DNA from: Eledone cirrhosa | Taxonomy: Eukaryota | Length of the DNA: 64,000 nt | Assembly: GCA_964016885.1 (NCBI GenBank) | Contig: OZ024750.1 | Coordinates: 20,150,001-20,214,000 of the forward strand | Direction: 5' to 3' | Part shown: positions 56,273-64,000 of the stretch, in pieces | How the letters are laid out: each line of letters begins with the position of its first letter | Position numbering within the stretch: the stretch's first letter is position 1 | Position numbers and translations under genes: made by a program | The notes under the pieces: generated by a model | Database searches by the model: none | What the model was told of the DNA's origin: nothing | The model's input: only the letters and a program-made list of their open reading frames with translations

Positions 56273-56921
56273 TTTAGTTTTTACACTATTATTTGATCCA
56301 GTTCTTTACATATTGTAAAGAAATATATCAAATAATAGCTGGCATTTCTTTAAACGTTATATATATTTTGCCCACCAATCACCCTTAAGTTTTAGCAAAA
56401 TAATATATAGGAGAATGATATCCAGTTATCTTTCTAAGGATATAGAAGACCATGATGACATACCCTGTCGCTCCTATCACAGGGGAGGGACAGGATATAA
56501 TCGTTGGGATTTGAACGATCGCAATCATTTAGTGCCGCTCGGCGTTGAAACATACAGGTTTTCTATCTTAGACTGAATTTTTTCTCTGAAAAATCTGGTA
56601 GAGTGCAATCCGACTGAGGAAGGTTCCTCCTGGGTTGTAATATCTTATGCAGCGGATACCACTGGTTGTTCTCCACTACTATGCCTTCGCCATTTATTCC
56701 GCGAGGAGCACCAGAGATGTATTGTCTAGTCATGTGTGTATAATTTGCTCCCTCTATATCCATTCTCGATGTTATCTTTATTTAATTCTACTCCTTTTCT
56801 ATCTTATTGTATATAGTTTTAAACATTAAAATATATTTCCTTCATTGTATCCTTCTGTTCGGGAAATAAATTACAAATTATGAACACGATATTTATAACG
56901 ATTCTGAATATATAGTATATA

Positions 56922-57075
56922 ATAGTTTCTAATCTAGGCACCAGGCCAGCATTTTGAAAGGGAGGGGAAAGTCGAATAGATCGACCTGCAGTGCGTTACT
57001 GGCGGGATTTGAAAAGCAAAGAACTGTAACTCTATGTTGCAAATCATGTTGTCCGAAGCACTTCCAATACTGCCA
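56922..57075 (-). mobile_element. SINE family 1, long variant with the core deleted
   Basis: Tail and insert joined directly to ggcgggatttgaa. Confidence 0.7.
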
Positions 57076-57451
57076 AAATAATATATTGCACATTAGAAAT
57101 CTAAACACAGGGTATTTACATATGATGACATATTAGGTATTAAGTTAATAATGAAAATAACAATAAATTCAAGTTATTTTACCTATTCATATCATTGTTT
57201 TACGATCGTTTCGGAAGATTGAGAAAATTGACATATTGACTGATATTTAGCAGTTATATAACTCTATACTATCAGACTTCATATATAGGTTTGATCAGAC
57301 CGTCTTCTTGATATGATGACATATGAAAATGTGGCGTCGGCGTAACGTTGAAGTATATAATCTCTATTAATATAAATTATTATACTGACACCATATATTA
57401 TATACGGCTTTTTAAATATGACACAAATCCATAAACAAGCATTTATATACA

Positions 57452-57605
57452 CAGTTGAAATTCCGTTATAACGAATACGATTATAACGAATTTTTCAATA
57501 TAATGAAACTTTTTCAATCCCTGAGTGTTTAACAAACAAACACTCAAATGTTTCGGTCAATCTCGTTATGATCCACCTTGAATTTTATTCACGGAATTTC
57601 ACTCT
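57452..57605. mobile_element. pogo/Tigger-like MITE remnant
   Basis: Imperfect TIRs cagttgaaattccgt / acggaatttcactct; repeated subterminal ttataacgaat. Confidence 0.5.
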
Positions 57606-58745
57606 ATACGCCTGTTTGCGTGTATGTATGTATGTGTATGGATAAATGTGTGTGTGTGTGCGTGTCTCTATTTGTGTGTCTGTTATATAAAAGTACCACA
57701 GCACCATGTCACGAATGACAAGATAAATGTTATTGGATCGAGGATGAGGCTTGGTGTTACAGAAATACATTTAAGGATTTTTAGTTACGTATTTAATCTG
57801 ATGGAAATCTAGTTCGAATGAAGAAAGGAGAAAAAAACCGATGACAGGTGAGGGAGAATAACCGAAAGAAAAGAAAAGAAAACGAATTAAAGGAAAATAT
57901 ACCGTGAAAATAAAAAAAATAAAATACCTGCTCATTGTTTCATTTCAAAATGTTTAAATTCACACGGAAATTACAACATGAAAGAAGGTATTTTTTTACG
58001 TTTTTAATCAGAAGAATTTCCACTAACACTTTACAGTGTACAAGCACATTTTATGGTGACACTAATATTAGAGTGGTTATCATATGTTGGCCGGGCGGTT
58101 GACTCCTCAAACAGGTAAATATATCTAATATAACTACATATTTCACATAAACATTAACTAGGATTAATTCAATCCCATTACTGCACTAGGGCTTGATGAA
58201 CACGACCACAAGGTTATGGTCCGAACGTGGAAGAGCCGAACTCCCACTGTCATCGCCTCCATCTCTTTCGCCCTCACACGTGTTCGTGTGTGTGTCTGTT
58301 TAAGTATATTTATCAGTAAATACATAACTAATCACAGACTTCTGTATTGAAATGAAATATTTCTCACCTACTTAGAAATTAATATTCAAGCGATATTCTT
58401 CCAAAGCAAATAAAAATTATAGTACAAAATTTAAATATACTAAATATAATATAAACATACAGTTAATGTTGTAAAAATAGAGCAGATATAGACAAAATAC
58501 AAAACAAAATCGTTCCCAACCATTCAAACATTGAAATCAAACTCTCAAAATCGTTTACATCTGTCATCGACGTTTTAATATGATTTACTATTTTTTTTTC
58601 TTTTTGAAATTATTTTCAATGAAACACCAGAGTGATACAAGCTTACAGGCGTGAATTATACGTTACATGAATTATTTCCTGATTTATTTATAAATATATC
58701 GAATGCTTTTTTTTTATTTGTTAAGATAAATAATAATTTATCATC

Positions 58746-58760
58746 CATGTTTTATAAGGA

Positions 58761-58836
<76 letters not shown>

Positions 58837-58855
58837 CAGATCCTTATAAAACATG
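58746..58855. repeat. 19-bp perfect inverted repeat around (TA)n
   Basis: catgttttataaggatctg-(TA)n-cagatccttataaaacatg. Confidence 0.93.
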
Positions 58856-59411
58856 TATATATATGTTGGTAGATATACTAATTCTTTATAATTATCTCCA
58901 AATTATTTTGTAGAGCAAAAGTTTGCCAAAACTGCTACTATAGTTCATAGTTATGGCTCGGCTAATGTCTTTTTAACACCACACACCTCACTGATTACCC
59001 TCGATGTCTCGTGATTGTTCTTTTGAATTTGCCACCGACCAAGTAGGCAGTGATTTTCTTAATGTCTTGGAATTTAGTCCACACTTGGTTTTTTCCATCC
59101 ACTGAATTATTTTTGTATAAGTTCCCTGTGTCCACGCATCGCCTGGTAACTTAGCTGAGAACAAACTTCCTGATGACGAAATGTTTTCTCCATGCTTTCC
59201 ATTTGAAACCATGTTTATTCCCTTTCAGAAAGTAATTAGTTGGAGTGAAATTTTAGTAAGTAAGTTAATTTTTATAATTTTCTTATTTTACGTCTTTCAT
59301 ATAATTGTTCTGCATCCCCTTGCATTGAACCACAAAGTTACTAAGACAAAACCTATATATTTGCTAGCTTAGGTATGCATCTGTATATATATGTTGGTAG
59401 ATATACTAATT

Positions 59412-59449
<38 letters not shown>

Positions 59450-59533
59450 TATATATATATATATAGTATATATATATATATATTGTATATATATATATAT
59501 ATATATATATTGTATATATAGATTAATATAGAT

Positions 59534-59585
59534 AAGATTCTACAGGACTAGAACTGTTTCATTCTTATAAATCATCAGGAATCTC
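59534..59585 (-). ncRNA. Type I hammerhead-like motif, family C, embedded in (TA)n
   Basis: GAGAUUC-CUGAUGA-uuuauaagaau-GAAA-CAG/uucuaguc/CUG-UA^GAAUCUU; 7-bp stem I, weak stem II. Confidence 0.65.
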
Positions 59586-59587
59586 AT

Positions 59588-59623
<36 letters not shown>

Positions 59624-59630
59624 TATATTG

Positions 59631-60483
<853 letters not shown>

Positions 60484-60894
60484 ACCCTGCCAGTAAGTTT
60501 TTCAAGTATTCAAGAATTTAAAGGGATGTATGTATGTAGCTGACATTCACAACATTATGGTTGTGTTTGAAACATATTTTAACATATATCCTTGCATAAA
60601 ATATATATAATATGTATATAAATTTTGTATCTCAAAAGAAATACGGTTTTAGGAAGCCGTAGCTATGCACACACCATTGGGCTAATGCCGTCTGATGATG
60701 TCCAGAAGAAGAAAGGGGGACAACCATCTATGCATTTAAGCCTTGTCTGGCCTCCGTTAGTGCGATCCCTCCCACCGCTTGCGACTGGTGGATTAGCAAA
60801 CAGCCGAGAATATATAGTTGTTTCGTCTATGTAAATGAGATGATTAATCTCATTTGCATATGAAGATGTATAAATTGGCTGAACTTGTAATATA

Positions 60895-60979
<85 letters not shown>

Positions 60980-61047
60980 CATTTGAAGACTAAAATCCAA
61001 CGTAAAGTGTGAAAGCAGCGATTCTTTGCTTAAGCTTTAATCTGTTA

Positions 61048-61097
<50 letters not shown>

Positions 61098-61299
61098 AAA
61101 ATATATTTTCCCTTAGAATTACAGATGATTTCATGGTGTTGGGTATCAAAGTGATAACAAATTCAATAGCCTTACATTTAGAGCATGTGTTTGAATTTCG
61201 AAATACCGATAAACATTCTTTTGATATATGTGATATGTGTAGGCACACATACCAGATCAATATTAAACATACGACGTGCCAAGTGTTTATAATTCCTAC

Positions 61300-61334
<35 letters not shown>

Positions 61335-61411
61335 GTACACACATATATATATATATATATATATCTTACATATATATTATATATATATTATATATATATT
61401 ATATATATATT

Positions 61412-61496
<85 letters not shown>

Positions 61497-62363
61497 ACAC
61501 TACACTATTATACAATGTGGGAGTAATTAGGAGATATACATATCTCTTTAAATCTGTCTGGACATATTTTTTCTCTATGGAATACAGGTTGATCAATAAT
61601 TGAATAAAAATCAATAATTGTATATATGTGTGTGTGTGTATGTGTGTATGTGTGTGTGTATGTGGTGTGTGTATGTGCTGTGTGTTTGGGTGCTTGTGTG
61701 TGCGTGTATTAACTTGATCTGGCTCATCTATATAGAGTCTCGCAGATGTTTTTTTTTTACCTGAGGCGTTGTGTTGTAACTTAAGCAATTAGTAATAGCC
61801 TCCTTAGCAATTTAAATACTTTTAACCTGAAAACCAGGTGTAAAATTATATTTAGGTTTATCACATCTTCTTTTGGTTTAAAATTCATGTCACACGCTTG
61901 GTGAATTGGTAACTGACACGAACCTATTTAATATTTTCTTAAGCCCACCTATATACCACCCCAGTGACTGAAATGTAAATGGTTATATTCATTCCACACC
62001 ATCCACAAACCTGATGGAATGGTAGGGGCACTGTGCAATTTGATATTTTAACATGGTGGAACCAATCATTTTCCAGAACGTATCTGATTTCTTCGTGAGA
62101 ATGATTATGAGAGAGATAGAGATTGTACGAGAGGTTCTGAAAAAAGTGAGAAGAAACGAACCTAGTAATGGATTGTACTTTATTCATCGACCTCGGAAGG
62201 ATCATTGTTACTTGTTTTTGTTATTGTGTATGTTTACTAGATCTTATTGTAATCCTCCACTGTCCCTGTTTGGGTATTGTTCCCTATATGTCGGCCCTTG
62301 TGACCAACACATTTATTATCATCATTGAAAACACGAATGGATTAGTATTATTGATGTTGTTGT

Positions 62364-62554
62364 AGGGCAGTGGGTTGGCAGTATCGGGAGAGGGTCGGAC
62401 AACATGCTTTGCAGCAAAGAGATACGGCCCTTTATGATCTGAATTTAAATTCAGCCGAGGTTAACATTGCTTTTCCTCCTTACGGGGTCGATAAAATTAA
62501 GTACCAGTAATACACTAGGATAATTGCTGGCCTTGTGTCAAAAGTAGAAACAAC
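62364..62554 (+). mobile_element. SINE family 1
   Basis: A box, core and tail. Confidence 0.9.
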
Positions 62555-62998
62555 CATTGATGTTTTTGTTATTGTTGTTTCTGTTTTCATAAGTATCGAC
62601 CATCATGTATTTAACATTAACATAAAAAAAAAATATTTATCATAGTGGCATATCAGTTCTTATAAAACTTCTTATACCTCTATGTTTAGGGGAGTCTACG
62701 TTTCTTTCATGCTTTATAATTTAATGAAATTATATGTTGTGTTGATTGAATTTTATATTATCATGTGTTTTATCAATGTTTAATAACACGTTGATTTTAT
62801 GACGTCTTTAACAATGCCCAGTTTTTAATATAATTTTCTTTCTTCTATCACTGTGACTAATAAACAACGGAAAACCATCCCCAGCATCATATCGACTACC
62901 ACTACTTCTATTATTTCTTCATTCCTTTGTCATAAACGTTGGCGCTACGTCACTATACATCAACACGGTGGTTGCTGCAATAGCAGTAACATTAGTGC

Positions 62999-63032
<34 letters not shown>

Positions 63033-63065
63033 GGTGGTAGTAGTGGTAGTAGTAGTAGTAGTAGT

Positions 63066-63097
<32 letters not shown>

Positions 63098-63228
63098 TAG
63101 TAGTAGTAGCAACAATAGAAATAGTAGTAGTAGTAGTAGCAACAATAGAAATAGTAGTAGTAGTAGGAGGGGGAGGAGGAGGAGGAGGAGGACAAGGAGG
63201 AGAAGGAGAAGGAAGGAGAGGGAGAGGG
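62999..63228. repeat. Compound (AGT)n/(GGT)n/(AGC)n/(AGG)n low-complexity tract
   Basis: Read directly. Confidence 0.93.
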
Positions 63229-63356
63229 AGTGTATTTCATGAGGATTGACAATGCATCATCACCATCATCATGAACAACAGAAACCTAAACAATACGCTC
63301 GCCTTCAATCAATATCTGACAATTATTTTCTGCCAGAAATATTAATATAATCACTA

Positions 63357-63548
63357 TTGGCAATATCAGTAGAGAGTCGGTCAGACGCCATGCGTTGCAG
63401 CATAGAGTTATCTCCCTTTAGAGTCATGTTCTGAGTTGAATTCCCACCGATGTTAACTTTGCCTTTCATCCTTACGGGGTCGATAACATAAAGTAACAGT
63501 AATGCACTGAGATAATTGCTGGCCTTGTGCAAAAAGTAGAAACAATTA
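63357..63548 (+). mobile_element. SINE family 1
   Basis: A box, core and tail. Confidence 0.88.
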
Positions 63549-64000
63549 GTATAGGAGTGTTTTCACAGATAAGGTTTTGAATTTCGGATATTCTGTGATG
63601 TTGGGGTATCCATTGGTTCAGCTTGGATACTTTTCCTATTGCATGCAAGCAATTCAGAATGGTGGATTTCAATGCCCCGAACACTTTGGAGAGTTGATGT
63701 GATGTCTAGCGTGGGTCAGCATCCATCAGCTCACGCACCTCCTCGTCAATGAAGTCTGATGAAAGTCACACGTGAGTTCCAACCTTAAGTCTATGATCAC
63801 CGGAAACGAATAGCGCGAACCAGTCTCAGGTACTGCGTTCACACATGTCATCTGACCAAAATATATTGTTAATGCAAGGGCTCAATATTGGTGTGCTTAG
63901 GATTAGATTTGAAGTCATCAAGTAAACAGCTACGAATAAACAATTTGGATAGATCCCTGCTGCTTAACAGAAATGATAGCAGATGCGGTCACTTCCACAT

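Noticed and set aside
58988-59212. Minus-strand peptide weakly resembling an RTE RT (HGENISS...ANSKEQ)
   Set aside because: Catalytic motifs are not recognisable
60690-60730. AUGA plus hairpin as a SECIS element or hammerhead
   Set aside because: No 3' GA quartet partner for a SECIS and no GAAA after the stem
62853-63252. Ser/Arg-, Val-, Leu- or Tyr-rich ORFs
   Set aside because: Open in several frames only because of trinucleotide repeats
63560-64000. Possible degraded RTE fragment on the minus strand
   Set aside because: Only faint similarity (LNCLHAI, DFIDEEV), and cut by the window edge

Overview
This is AT-rich, microsatellite-saturated eukaryotic DNA with no intact protein-coding gene that I can support. 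Most ORFs in the track are artefacts of (TA)n, (CA)n, (AG)n and (AGT)n runs. The dominant tRNA-derived SINE and the extreme (TA)n load resemble, from memory, Octopus (cephalopod) genomes; this is an unverified inference. Recognisable content: about 18 copies of one SINE family, degraded copies of a second SINE, RTE-clade LINE remnants (two ending in C2H2 zinc fingers), a jockey/I-type RT remnant, a pogo-like MITE, and Penelope-like element (PLE) remnants with RT and GIY-YIG fragments. The most striking signal is about a dozen type I hammerhead-ribozyme motifs from 5-6 unrelated sequence families. Most are arranged as ribozyme, short tail, then (TA)n junction. There are also many fold-back (inverted) duplications centred on or abutting (TA)n tracts. 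Together these suggest several ribozyme-bearing retroelement families that target (TA)n microsatellites, plus TA-mediated template switching. Coordinates and pairings were read by eye and may be off by a few bases.
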